Part shown: positions 1 to 7,920 of the stretch, piece by piece
Layout: each line of letters opens with the position of its first letter
Position numbering within the stretch: position 1 is the first letter of the stretch
Assembly: GCA_041686835.1 (NCBI GenBank)
Contig: JAWLCZ010000002.1
Location: 1-55,494, forward strand
Direction: 5' to 3'
Source of the DNA: Paenibacillaceae bacterium
GTDB taxonomy: Bacteria > Bacillota > Bacilli > Paenibacillales > JAWLCZ01
DNA: 55,494 bases
The notes under the pieces: generated by a model
What the model saw: only the letters and a program-made list of their open reading frames with translations
Database searches by the model: none
What the model was told of the DNA's origin: nothing
Program-made: the position numbers and the translations under genes

Positions 1-79
1 GGATTTTTTAACAGAATTTTATTCTATACATAGAATATATTTTTAAAAACATAAGAAAACGTCATGGATTGAAGGAGAT

Positions 80-640
80 GTGAGGAAATGTATGACTCGC
101 CAACAGCACCGTCTTCATGGTGACCCGTCACGTTTTGATGTACTTGCAAGCTTCATCTACGACCGATTTGGAAATTCAATCCAATATATAGCGGATGTCG
201 CTGGTGGACAAGGGATGTTGACACGCATTCTTAATAAGAAATATAACTATAAGAGCGAAGTCGTTGACCCTCGTGGATGGGTTTTGAAAGGAGTTCCGAA
301 TCGATCCATAGAATATAAACCGGATGATGCAATATTTTATGATCTGATTGTCGGGCTTCATCCCGACGAAGCAACAAAGGCTGTTGTGTACTCGGCACAT
401 CACCGTCCTACAATCATCGTGCCTTGCTGCAACTTTTGGGCGGAAGAGAAACTAGGAACGAAAGAACTGTTGTTTTCTATCGAGAGATACTATACCAAAA
501 ATTGTATTCAGCACGAGCGAATTCATCTAAATTTCAGAGGTCCGAAAAATATTGCTTTGGTGACAACGTATCCGCGTGGTAATGCTTCCTTCACAATAAA
601 GCCCGATTTTAGCTGCATTGGCGAGAAAAATAGGCTTTAA
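80..640 (+). CDS. Class I SAM-dependent methyltransferase-like protein
   Basis: IADVAGGQG (motif I-like), VVDPR, LIVGLHPDEAT and IVPCC motifs; RBS GAAGGAG upstream; start GTG 80 or ATG 92. Confidence 0.6.
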   Translation: MRKCMTRQQHRLHGDPSRFDVLASFIYDRFGNSIQYIADVAGGQGMLTRILNKKYNYKSEVVDPRGWVLKGVPNRSIEYKPDDAIFYDLIVGLHPDEATKAVVYSAHHRPTIIVPCCNFWAEEKLGTKELLFSIERYYTKNCIQHERIHLNFRGPKNIALVTTYPRGNASFTIKPDFSCIGEKNRL

Positions 641-658
641 AGAAATGAGGAGAGAATA

Positions 659-1648
659 GTGATTAAATATTCGGATTGTCTCGGTGTTATCAATGTAAAT
701 CAATTTCAGATGGCTCTGGAGAAATTTAATCTAGGCAAGTTTGTCAAAGCGGAAAAAGTTCCTTTTGGTAGTGTTGGACAGAATGTTTTTTTAACAAGTA
801 CTGAAGGTGATTTTGTTTTACGCGGTAACCCCTTCTATTCTCATCAATTTGCAGTCGAGAAATTCATGGTCGACAATCTACATGAACGCACAGATGTCCC
901 TGTTCCGTGGCCCTACTTACTTGACACTTCTACAGACATCTTTGGATGGAAATACGTCATTATGCCAAGGATGCCAGGCTTACCATTAGCAGACGGAAAC
1001 ATAAAGGGGAAGATCAATAAAGAAAACCGTAAGAAGATTGCACGTTTAATGGGAGAAACTTTGGCTCGAATGCAGGAGTTTACTTGGGATTTTTCGGGCA
1101 TCCATACAGATGATAGCACCGTAAAACCATTTGAACCGAGCTATGGAGAATGGATTATTCAAGGGATTCGACGTCACTTAGAGGAAGCGCGTGAAATATC
1201 CAATATTACTATCGAGGATGTTTCATGGATAGATAATTTAATTGCCCAAAATAAGGAAGCTCTTCACGTTCCGTTTCAACCATGTTTTGTTATGGGGGAT
1301 TACAAAGAAGATAATGTGGTAGTTTCTTGCAATGGTGGGAACTGGTGTGTAAGCGGAGTATTCGATTTTGCAATGTCACACTTTGGTGACGGTGAATTCG
1401 ACCTTACTCGTTTGTATGCCATGTACTTGGACGAAGATCCAGCTTTGGCTAAGGAATTTGTCAGCACCTATATGCATTGCAAAACTCCACGCGAGGGATT
1501 TGTCAAACGTTTGCAAATATACATTCTGAATGAACGATTGACCATCTGGGAGTGGGCGAAGCGAGCCAAAATCGTCTGGTGGGAAGACAAAATGTCGCTT
1601 CGAGATTGGATAGAACCCTACATTGCTATTGAACAGCTGAATCTGTGA
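659..1648 (+). CDS. Aminoglycoside phosphotransferase (APH)/choline kinase family protein
   Basis: MGDYKEDN (Brenner-like) and GVFDF motifs; N-lobe FVLRG; RBS GAGGAG. Confidence 0.85.
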   Translation: MIKYSDCLGVINVNQFQMALEKFNLGKFVKAEKVPFGSVGQNVFLTSTEGDFVLRGNPFYSHQFAVEKFMVDNLHERTDVPVPWPYLLDTSTDIFGWKYVIMPRMPGLPLADGNIKGKINKENRKKIARLMGETLARMQEFTWDFSGIHTDDSTVKPFEPSYGEWIIQGIRRHLEEAREISNITIEDVSWIDNLIAQNKEALHVPFQPCFVMGDYKEDNVVVSCNGGNWCVSGVFDFAMSHFGDGEFDLTRLYAMYLDEDPALAKEFVSTYMHCKTPREGFVKRLQIYILNERLTIWEWAKRAKIVWWEDKMSLRDWIEPYIAIEQLNL

Positions 1649-1765
1649 TTACATATCCCTCTGTTGTCTTACGGGTTGTCAGATCGTTTATAATAGTCAC
1701 GAAAGGTTAGCGGTCTTTTTCCTTGGATCGATTGATATGTACATAACATATCTTGGGGGGCATTT

Positions 1766-2564
1766 ATGAAGCGTTTTAAGATTCTAATTCCAGTCTTTCT
1801 CATCATTTCTTTGCTGGGTGGCATCGCTTATGCAAGAACCACGTTGACGAAAGTACAAAATGCAGAAGTGGGCGTTCACCCAAGCAAAACAGCAGCCGGA
1901 AAAGCTTTTGATCAGCGTGATTAATTCAGCAAAATCATCTCTGGATATTGCGATCTACAGTCTGACATACACTGAAATCGTTGACGCCATCAAGAAGGCA
2001 AAGAAACGCGGTGTTAACGTCCGGCTTATCACTGACAAAATACAATCGGCCGGAAAGACGCAAACGGAAGCGCTAAAAATTCTCGGCAGCGCCGGAGTGC
2101 CAATGAAGGTGAATAGCCACAGCGGAGTCATGCATTTAAAAATGGTTGTAGCAGACAAGAAAATAGCGACAACTGGTTCGTATAACTATTCAAAGGCAGC
2201 CAGCACCACGAATGACGAGGTACTAGTGGTCATCCGCAATGCAGATGTGGCTAAATCATTTGCCGAGCAGTTTGAATCGATGTGGAAAGATTCAAAGAGG
2301 TTTAAACGATCAATTTGAAGATCGCCCAGCCAGAACCATCGAAACCTGCGACGAACTCATCTGTTAAAACAGCGCCCAAAGCAACTTCGAAAGCAACGAC
2401 AGCAGCCTGCAAAAATCCGACCATAAAAGGAAATATCAATAGCAAAGGCGAGAAGATTTATCACGTCCCTGGTGGCCAGTTCTATGATAAAACCGTTGCG
2501 GAAGGAGATGTTCTGCACGGCAAAGGAAGCGGAAGCGGCCGGATACAGAGCATCGAAGCGATGA
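1766..2564 (+). pseudogene. Secreted phospholipase D-family (Nuc-like) nuclease with a C-terminal CxIKGN...YH...FC...GYRA domain, interrupted by three frameshifts
   Basis: ATG 1766 (RBS GGGGGG) gives signal peptide MKRFKILIPVFLIISLLGGIAYA; shift near 1860 into the PLD domain (HLKMVVAD, GSYN); shift near 2306 into a linker plus CKNPTIKGNINSKGEKIYHVPGGQFY; shift near 2504 into EMFCTAKEAEAAGYRASKR-stop (TGA 2562-2564). Confidence 0.8.
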
Positions 2565-2637
2565 TATTTACATATCCCAAAACTTCCCACCTCTATCCCA
2601 AAAACGGACTGCTACAATGAGAATAGAGGTGGTTTTC

Positions 2638-3495
2638 ATGTTCAATCCTCCAATGCTAGCTGAGACTGCAGAAGCCCCATTTTCCCACCCTGACTTCATA
2701 TTTGAACCGAAGATCGACGGCCACCGCGCCATATTGGTACGCCGCAACGGCACCACACACATATTCACCCGACACAAAACGGACTGCACGCGGCAGTATC
2801 CTGAATTGCATGACATCGCTCTTGACGATGTTGTCCTTGATGGGGAAATTGCCTGTACGGATCCGGAAACAGGAATGATCGACTTTGAATCTGTGATGGA
2901 GCGTTTTTCCGCTCGGAGGGCAGACCGCATTCAGGCATTTTCTATACGGAAGCCAGTGAATTTTGTCGTGTTCGATGTGCTGCAATTGAATGGCATTGAC
3001 ATCCGCGGATTACCTTTAATGCGGCGCAAAGAAATTCTCAGCCAGCTCGATTTTGGGAACCCTCATATCACACTGACGCCTTACATTGACACAGAAGGAG
3101 AGCGCCTTTTTGATGAAGTTCGTGCGCGAAAGCTTGAGGGAATGGTTGCAAAGCGGAAGGAAAGCACATACGTATCACGGCGCTCTCCAGCTTGGCAGAA
3201 AGTCATCAACTGGAAGTATGCAGAGGTAGTTATTACTGGATACAGGAAAGACGAATTTGGTTGGCTTACTGCGATTCCAGACGAAAATGGAAATCTCCGG
3301 CCGGCCGGCTTCATTGAACTCGGCGTGACACCGTTTCAAAAAAAAGCATTTTATGGCGTGGCTAAATTGATTGTCGTCGGAGAGAACCGGGACTTCGTCT
3401 TTTTGGAACCGCGAATTCGGGCCCGTGTTAAAATGCGGAACTGGACAAAGAGTGGTTTGCTGCGCAGTCCGGTGTTCGTTGATTTTGTTATATAA
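2638..3495 (+). CDS. ATP-dependent DNA ligase (SPbeta LigB / LigD ligase-domain-like)
   Basis: EPKIDG adenylation motif, LDGEI, FVVFDVL, EGMVAK, WQKV and LRSPVF motifs; RBS GAGGTGG before ATG 2638. Confidence 0.92.
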   Translation: MFNPPMLAETAEAPFSHPDFIFEPKIDGHRAILVRRNGTTHIFTRHKTDCTRQYPELHDIALDDVVLDGEIACTDPETGMIDFESVMERFSARRADRIQAFSIRKPVNFVVFDVLQLNGIDIRGLPLMRRKEILSQLDFGNPHITLTPYIDTEGERLFDEVRARKLEGMVAKRKESTYVSRRSPAWQKVINWKYAEVVITGYRKDEFGWLTAIPDENGNLRPAGFIELGVTPFQKKAFYGVAKLIVVGENRDFVFLEPRIRARVKMRNWTKSGLLRSPVFVDFVI

Positions 3496-3534
3496 AAATC
3501 CCCGCTAGCTTATTGGTCAGAGGGGATTTTGTTT
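3495..3534. terminator. Intrinsic terminator after the ligase
   Basis: AAAATCCCC...GGGGATTTT inverted repeat with A/T tails. Confidence 0.7.
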
Positions 3535-3535
3535 A

Positions 3536-3624
3536 GGTTATTGACGCGTGGCTTACTGTTGAAAGGTCCCCCTGGGGCGGAGAATTCCAGAAAGATTTCA
3601 AACAGCAAGACACGCGCAATGACT
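3536..3624. other. Long imperfect rod hairpin, possible structured RNA
   Basis: ATTGACGCGTG/CACGCGCAAT, CTTACTGTTGAAA/TTTCAAACAGCAAG and CTGG/CCAG nested pairings. Confidence 0.5.
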
Positions 3625-3695
3625 ATTGTACCACCAGAAGCAAAACCGAGGAAGCAGGTTTGCCTAAAGCCAGAGCAAGCTCTGGCCTTTTCTTG

Positions 3696-3788
3696 TTAGA
3701 TGATGCCTGTGGGAACGAGAATGATTACCAGCAGAATAAACAAAACAAGAACGATACCGATGACTGTGAATCCGCGGAAAAAGCTCAT
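3696..3788 (-). CDS. YjcZ/SscA-family small hydrophobic sporulation protein (30 aa, MSFFRGFTVIGIVLVLFILLVIILVPTGII)
   Basis: LVLFILLVII signature; strong RBS AAAGGAGGTG; hairpin GCCAGAGC/GCTCTGGC just downstream. Confidence 0.8.
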   Translation of the reverse strand: MSFFRGFTVIGIVLVLFILLVIILVPTGII

Positions 3789-4011
3789 CGTTTCCACCTC
3801 CTTTCTAAAGAGGTTCATTATATCGTATTTACCGGACCTTAAAGGGGATTGGACAAATCGCAGAGGAAAACAAAAAATGTGCGACAGAAACTGTACAAAG
3901 AACGGCTTGTTGAGAGGATCGGTGTTCATGGAATTCGATATATAAAAACGAATCCCGCTGGCTTCGGCTGGCGGGGATTTTTTTTGTTTTCCATCTTTTG
4001 ACCTTGAACAT

Positions 4012-4053
4012 AGAACATTCATTCGGTATATAATATATACAAACAAGTGTTCG
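4012..4053 (+). promoter_or_regulatory. Two LexA (Cheo) boxes flanking a sigA -10
   Basis: AGAACATTCATTCG (4012-4025) and CAAACAAGTGTTCG (4040-4053) versus consensus CGAAC-N4-GTTCG; TATAAT at 4029-4034. Confidence 0.75.
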
Positions 4054-4069
4054 TAATGGAGGTCAAAAG

Positions 4070-4499
4070 ATGCACCAAACAGACACGAAACCCAACATCC
4101 TAACACACGATGAAATGGTCTGCATCCGCGACTTCGCGGTGCTCCCGATGATGCTTACGATTGTCGAAAACAATTTACGCCAGATCGAAAGCTCGACATA
4201 TTCACTGAAAAAGCTGTACATTGAAGCAACTCAATCATTGATGAATCTGATTCATTCCGACCTGGTCCGGACGAAAAAGGCACTCAAGGAAAGCAACATC
4301 AAAGTCTGGGAGGACGACCGTCTCGACAGCGCCATCCATTACCTGCTTCATTTGCCGAGGATATGAAGATCGGTTTTCAATCATGCGGGATGTGGCGCGG
4401 GCAGAGATACAGGTGCGGTTGGGACAGTATATTGCGAAGTTGTTTCAGTTCGATGTGTCCGGAAGCACCGGCGCAGAAATCCCCCGTATGCGGAAGTAG
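4070..4499 (+). pseudogene. YhjD-like SOS-inducible protein, frameshifted near 4343
   Basis: LPMMLTIVENN...NIKVWEDDR resembles B. subtilis YhjD; removing one C at ~4343 continues as CFICRGYEDRFSIMRDVARAEIQVRLG... to TAG 4497-4499. Confidence 0.7.
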
Positions 4500-4530
4500 C
4501 ACCGCTGCGGGGGATATTATTTATGTAAGT

Positions 4531-4617
4531 TCGTCCCCAATTTGTCCCCATGGTTATTTTCCGACGAATTCAGGGTCTGAAACAAAAAGAAAAGAAGCCT
4601 TGAATATCAAGGCTTCT
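4531..4617. repeat. Putative att-site arm repeats and tRNA-proximal hairpin
   Basis: GTCCCCA at 4533-4539 and 4544-4550 (11-bp period); AGAAGCCTTGA-ATA-TCAAGGCTTCT at 4593-4617. Confidence 0.55.
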
Positions 4618-4623
4618 CGATTA

Positions 4624-4696
4624 TGACCTGTAGTGGGTTCGAACCACTGACCCCCACCCTGTCAAGATGGTGCTCTCCCAGCTGAGCTAACAGGTC
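4624..4696 (-). tRNA. tRNA-Val(GAC), CCA not encoded
   Basis: Cloverleaf: acceptor GACCTGT/ACAGGTC, D-arm GCTC/GAGC, anticodon loop TTGACAG, T-loop TTCGAAC; followed by A-TAA. Confidence 0.97.
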
Positions 4697-4718
4697 ACGT
4701 TTTTCAGCGACAAGTGTT

Positions 4719-4747
4719 ATTATAGCAGGGCTGATTGGGGGTGTCAA
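4719..4747 (-). promoter_or_regulatory. sigA promoter of tRNA-Val
   Basis: TTGACA-N17-TATAAT with extended -10 TG on the minus strand. Confidence 0.9.
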
Positions 4748-4820
4748 GAATGAATCGCGAAATTTTTTGTCCGTCTGAAAAGCGGATGCAGTGTGCTGCG
4801 CAGATGGTTCCGTCAACAAA

Positions 4821-5018
4821 TTACCCGTTTCCGGAGCGCAGCATCGGATAATCTTCTTTCAACCGTTCTATGGAGTCGTATTTTGGCGTTTCAAACAGAA
4901 ATTTTGCCGGAGCCGCTTCGGTTTTGTCTCTAACGATATGCCCGTAATACTTCCCGTTTTTTTCAAAAACAAACATCGTCTTGCCCGGTTCGTTCAGCAG
5001 CGCATATTTTTCGATCAT
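4821..5018 (-). CDS. Small hypothetical protein (65 aa, MIEKYALLNEPGKTMF...)
   Basis: Strong RBS AGGAGGTG before ATG 5018. Confidence 0.75.
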   Translation of the reverse strand: MIEKYALLNEPGKTMFVFEKNGKYYGHIVRDKTEAAPAKFLFETPKYDSIERLKEDYPMLRSGNG

Positions 5019-5093
5019 ATGACACCTCCTCGTGTATAGTGTTCCACGCGGAAATGGAAAATCCTCCGTCACCGGATGGATTGCACCCCAAAA

Positions 5094-5107
5094 TGATAGC
5101 GTTTGCA
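5094..5107. promoter_or_regulatory. cre/LacI-type operator upstream of the dehydrogenase
   Basis: TGATAGCGTTTGCA immediately before TATAAT (5109-5114). Confidence 0.55.
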
Positions 5108-5170
5108 TTATAATATATGCATAGGATCAGATGAACATTATCAAAAGACTTCACGATTGGAGGGAAAGAG

Positions 5171-6124
5171 ATGAAAGCATGCGTAGTTGCGGGGCCCCGC
5201 AAACATGAAATCGTGGAATTGCCCGTGCCGCAAATCGATGAAAACGAAGTGCTCATCAAAGTAAGCGTATGCGGTGTTTGCGCATCGGAGCTGCATCCGT
5301 GGGAGAACGGCATTGGAAAGGAATTTCATGTATTCGGACACGAGCCTGTCGGCGTCATTGAGAAGGTGGGCGCTCATGTCACGGGATTTCAAGCGGGAGA
5401 CCGGGTCACCGGATTGATTCATCGCGCGTTCGCCGAATACGCCAAGGCGGATTACCGCCATATTGTTAAAGTTCCGGACGAACTGGACGATCTGGAAGCT
5501 TTGGGAGAACCGCTGTCGTGTTTAGTGAGCGGCGCGAACCGCACCCCCGTATCGATAGGCGATAAAGTGGCGATCATCGGCACCGGTTTTATGGGATTGG
5601 GATTTATGCAGCTGATGAAGATGAAGGGAGCAGGCACGATGATCGCCGTCGGTTTGCGGCAGGATGCGCTGCAACATGCTCTTCGTTTCGGGGCCGACGC
5701 CGCCGTTTTACCTCATGAGGTCGACGAAAAATATAAAGTGGTTGACTGGGATCAAATGGATCGAGGCGTGAACGTCGCCGTGGAAGCTAGCGGCACGCAG
5801 GGCGGCCTGGATCTGGCGGGCGAAATGACAGCCGTACATGGGACGATGGCCGTGGTCGGTTATCACCAGGGCAACGGAGGATCAAGAAACGTGAATATGC
5901 AGCTGTGGAACTGGAAAGCGATCCATGTGATCAATGCCCACGAAAGAAGAAACCACGTTCATATGGAAGCGATGAAAACAGGCTTGGAGCTCATACGGCA
6001 AGGACGGTTCAACATGAAAGAGATGATAACCCACGTATACCGGTACGATGAAGTGGACAAAGCTTTCGAGGCGATAAAACATAAGCCCCAAGGATTTATC
6101 AAAGCCGTCATCCAACTCAGTTGA
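5171..6124 (+). CDS. Zinc-binding (MDR family) alcohol/polyol dehydrogenase
   Basis: CGVCASE, GHEPVG and GTGFMG motifs; lacks the structural-zinc Cys lobe. Confidence 0.9.
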   Translation: MKACVVAGPRKHEIVELPVPQIDENEVLIKVSVCGVCASELHPWENGIGKEFHVFGHEPVGVIEKVGAHVTGFQAGDRVTGLIHRAFAEYAKADYRHIVKVPDELDDLEALGEPLSCLVSGANRTPVSIGDKVAIIGTGFMGLGFMQLMKMKGAGTMIAVGLRQDALQHALRFGADAAVLPHEVDEKYKVVDWDQMDRGVNVAVEASGTQGGLDLAGEMTAVHGTMAVVGYHQGNGGSRNVNMQLWNWKAIHVINAHERRNHVHMEAMKTGLELIRQGRFNMKEMITHVYRYDEVDKAFEAIKHKPQGFIKAVIQLS

Positions 6125-6270
6125 GAATGGCGCTATAAAAACCGTGCGGAAGCGCTGTCTGGGTGTTAGTTGAAAATATGAACGTTGAACGTTTACCCAA
6201 TCAACATGTGCGGAGGTTGTATAGGATAACCGTGTAACCACATTTTACCCGGGAAAGGGGAATGATGACT

Positions 6271-6375
6271 ATGGGCGGTGCAGTAGCTGGGGTTGGAGGT
6301 TTTTGGTCGGTAACGGGGTTCGTACTCGTCTTGTTCATTTTGCTGGTCATTGTAGTCCGCTTTTGTGCTTTTTGA
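6271..6375 (+). CDS. YjcZ/SscA-family small sporulation protein (34 aa, MGGAVAGVGGFWSVTGFVLVLFILLVIVVRFCAF)
   Basis: Gly-rich N-terminus plus LVLFILLVIV signature; RBS AAAGGGGA; not in the supplied ORF track. Confidence 0.8.
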   Translation: MGGAVAGVGGFWSVTGFVLVLFILLVIVVRFCAF

Positions 6376-6448
6376 CGTCGATCGATCGTGATGCGCGTCA
6401 TCGAACGAATACGGAATGAGAAGTAAACGAATAAAGCGCTCGAATACA

Positions 6449-6492
6449 AAGGCCTGCCGGAATGGGAGACTCCATTCAGATCGGCAGGCCTT
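6449..6492. terminator. Hairpin between convergent genes
   Basis: AAGGCCTGCCG...CGGCAGGCCTT. Confidence 0.65.
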
Positions 6493-6621
6493 ATCGCTCA
6501 AGCCGGCGCGTGTAAAGCTGACATGTGGTTGACCGCCATCATGTGGCGGGTCGCGCGCTGGGGAGTCGCCCGAGGCGAAACGGCGGCGCCGGATTCAGCC
6601 GCGGCTTGTTCGTTCACGCGC

Positions 6622-7449
6622 CTACAAGTAATCCTCGGCAATTTTCCGGATACGCTCGATGCCGGCCCACTGATCGCCAGGCCCGTCGTAAACCAGCGTA
6701 AACGGCCCTTCATATCGCGCTTCGCGCGCCAAATCGAGACAGCGCCGGAATTCGTCCGTATCCGGAAAGCCGTTGTCGTCATAATGCGCTTTGGCATGGA
6801 CCGACTCGGCCCGGGGGAGAACGGCGGCGAGCGCGTCATATTTGCCCGGCAAAGCGAAGTTGCCGTAGTCGGCGGTCAATCCGATGCGGTCTTCGCACGC
6901 TTTCAGCAACTGGAGGCAGTTTTCCGCAGTCGAAGCAAACTTGTGGAAATTTTCGGTCACGACGCGTACGCCTTTGCTCCCGGCGTAGCCTGCAAGATGG
7001 TTAAGCGCTTCCACAGATCGGGACATGGCTTCGCGGTCATCCGGGTTGGCGTTGCCGGCGATAATTCTGACGCGCTCGGCGCCTGCCTGCGCGGCAACGT
7101 CTATCCACGATTCGATAAAGCGGATATCGGCGCTGCGGCGGGACTCGTCGCTGCTCGTAATATCCCCGTAATCGATGAGCAGCGAGTAAAAGAGGATGCC
7201 GGCTTCCTGAAACGCCTTCCGCAAACGGATCAAATAATCCGGTTCCGTACTCGGAAAATGAAAGTGGCAAATTTCCAGGGCTTGAAAACCTTTGGCGGCA
7301 GCCGCCGCGGGCAAGTCAAGCAGGGATAGCGTCTCCGGCTGCGGCAGTTCTTCCGTAACATGCCGCTTCGTTTCCGCGTCCCAGCGGGTCATTCGCAAAG
7401 GGCCCAAATTGCGGTGCAAGCTCCAACTCGTTAAAGATAAAAATGGCAT
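6622..7449 (-). CDS. Sugar phosphate isomerase/epimerase (xylose isomerase-like TIM barrel)
   Basis: VTENFH, TADYGNF, SVHAK and YEGPFTLVY motifs; RBS AGGAGG before ATG 7449. Confidence 0.85.
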   Translation of the reverse strand: MPFLSLTSWSLHRNLGPLRMTRWDAETKRHVTEELPQPETLSLLDLPAAAAAKGFQALEICHFHFPSTEPDYLIRLRKAFQEAGILFYSLLIDYGDITSSDESRRSADIRFIESWIDVAAQAGAERVRIIAGNANPDDREAMSRSVEALNHLAGYAGSKGVRVVTENFHKFASTAENCLQLLKACEDRIGLTADYGNFALPGKYDALAAVLPRAESVHAKAHYDDNGFPDTDEFRRCLDLAREARYEGPFTLVYDGPGDQWAGIERIRKIAEDYL

Positions 7450-7523
7450 CGTCCCAACCTCCTGTAATGAAAACTGGTAACACTTTATTTTATTTCTACA
7501 GGAGAAGAGAAAATTCCTACCCA

Positions 7524-7766
7524 TTAACGCGCCTTTATTTTGAAGGCGAACCAGTCCGCAAACAATCCGAGCAAAAACCATGATACGATCGTCAGCAAAT
7601 AAACGAGAAACGGGTGGACTATATGTATATCTGAAAAAGCGTCAATAATCCATACGGGAATGCTGAAGAAGTACAAGTAGAGGCTGTAGGGATCATATCC
7701 TGCGTAATTGATGGCGCACAGAACGACGGCAAACAGCGTAAACATCATGCTGAACCAGAATTTCAT
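7524..7766 (-). CDS. Small membrane protein (80 aa)
   Basis: Hydrophobic segments; RBS AAGGAG before ATG 7766. Confidence 0.75.
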   Translation of the reverse strand: MKFWFSMMFTLFAVVLCAINYAGYDPYSLYLYFFSIPVWIIDAFSDIHIVHPFLVYLLTIVSWFLLGLFADWFAFKIKAR

Positions 7767-7920
7767 GCGACGGCTCCTTAAAAGATGGATTTGCTGCAAT
7801 AGGATCAGTATGGATTGTTTTTTTCAATTTATACAAACGGCAATAACCCCTCTCGCTCAGCCAATGGAGACCGCCGGGGGAATCCGCGACATGTTCTGCG
7901 CGAGGTGCCGTCGCCTGTTT

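Larger units (their letters stand above)
1..4620. mobile_element. End of a prophage or integrative element inserted at the tRNA-Val 3' end (other boundary outside the window)
   Basis: Abuts the tRNA-Val 3' end; tandem GTCCCCA repeats and a hairpin next to the tRNA; AT-richer left part; cargo typical of Bacillales prophage ends (stand-alone ATP-dependent ligase, SOS-boxed YhjD-like gene). No integrase or structural genes in the window. Confidence 0.65.

Noticed and set aside
659-1648. Bona fide aminoglycoside resistance gene
   Set aside because: Only family-level kinase motifs; the substrate cannot be inferred from sequence
1860-2318. PLD nuclease as an anti-phage defence component (e.g. DrmC-like)
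   Set aside because: The reconstructed gene has a signal peptide and a C-terminal domain typical of secreted nucleases; no defence partners nearby
3696-3788. Type I toxin (BsrG/BsrE/TxpA-like)
   Set aside because: It carries the YjcZ/SscA LVLFILLVII signature and lacks the charged C-terminus of those toxins
6499-6622. GC-rich intergenic stems as a structured RNA
   Set aside because: Short pairings are expected at this GC content; no promoter or second copy seen
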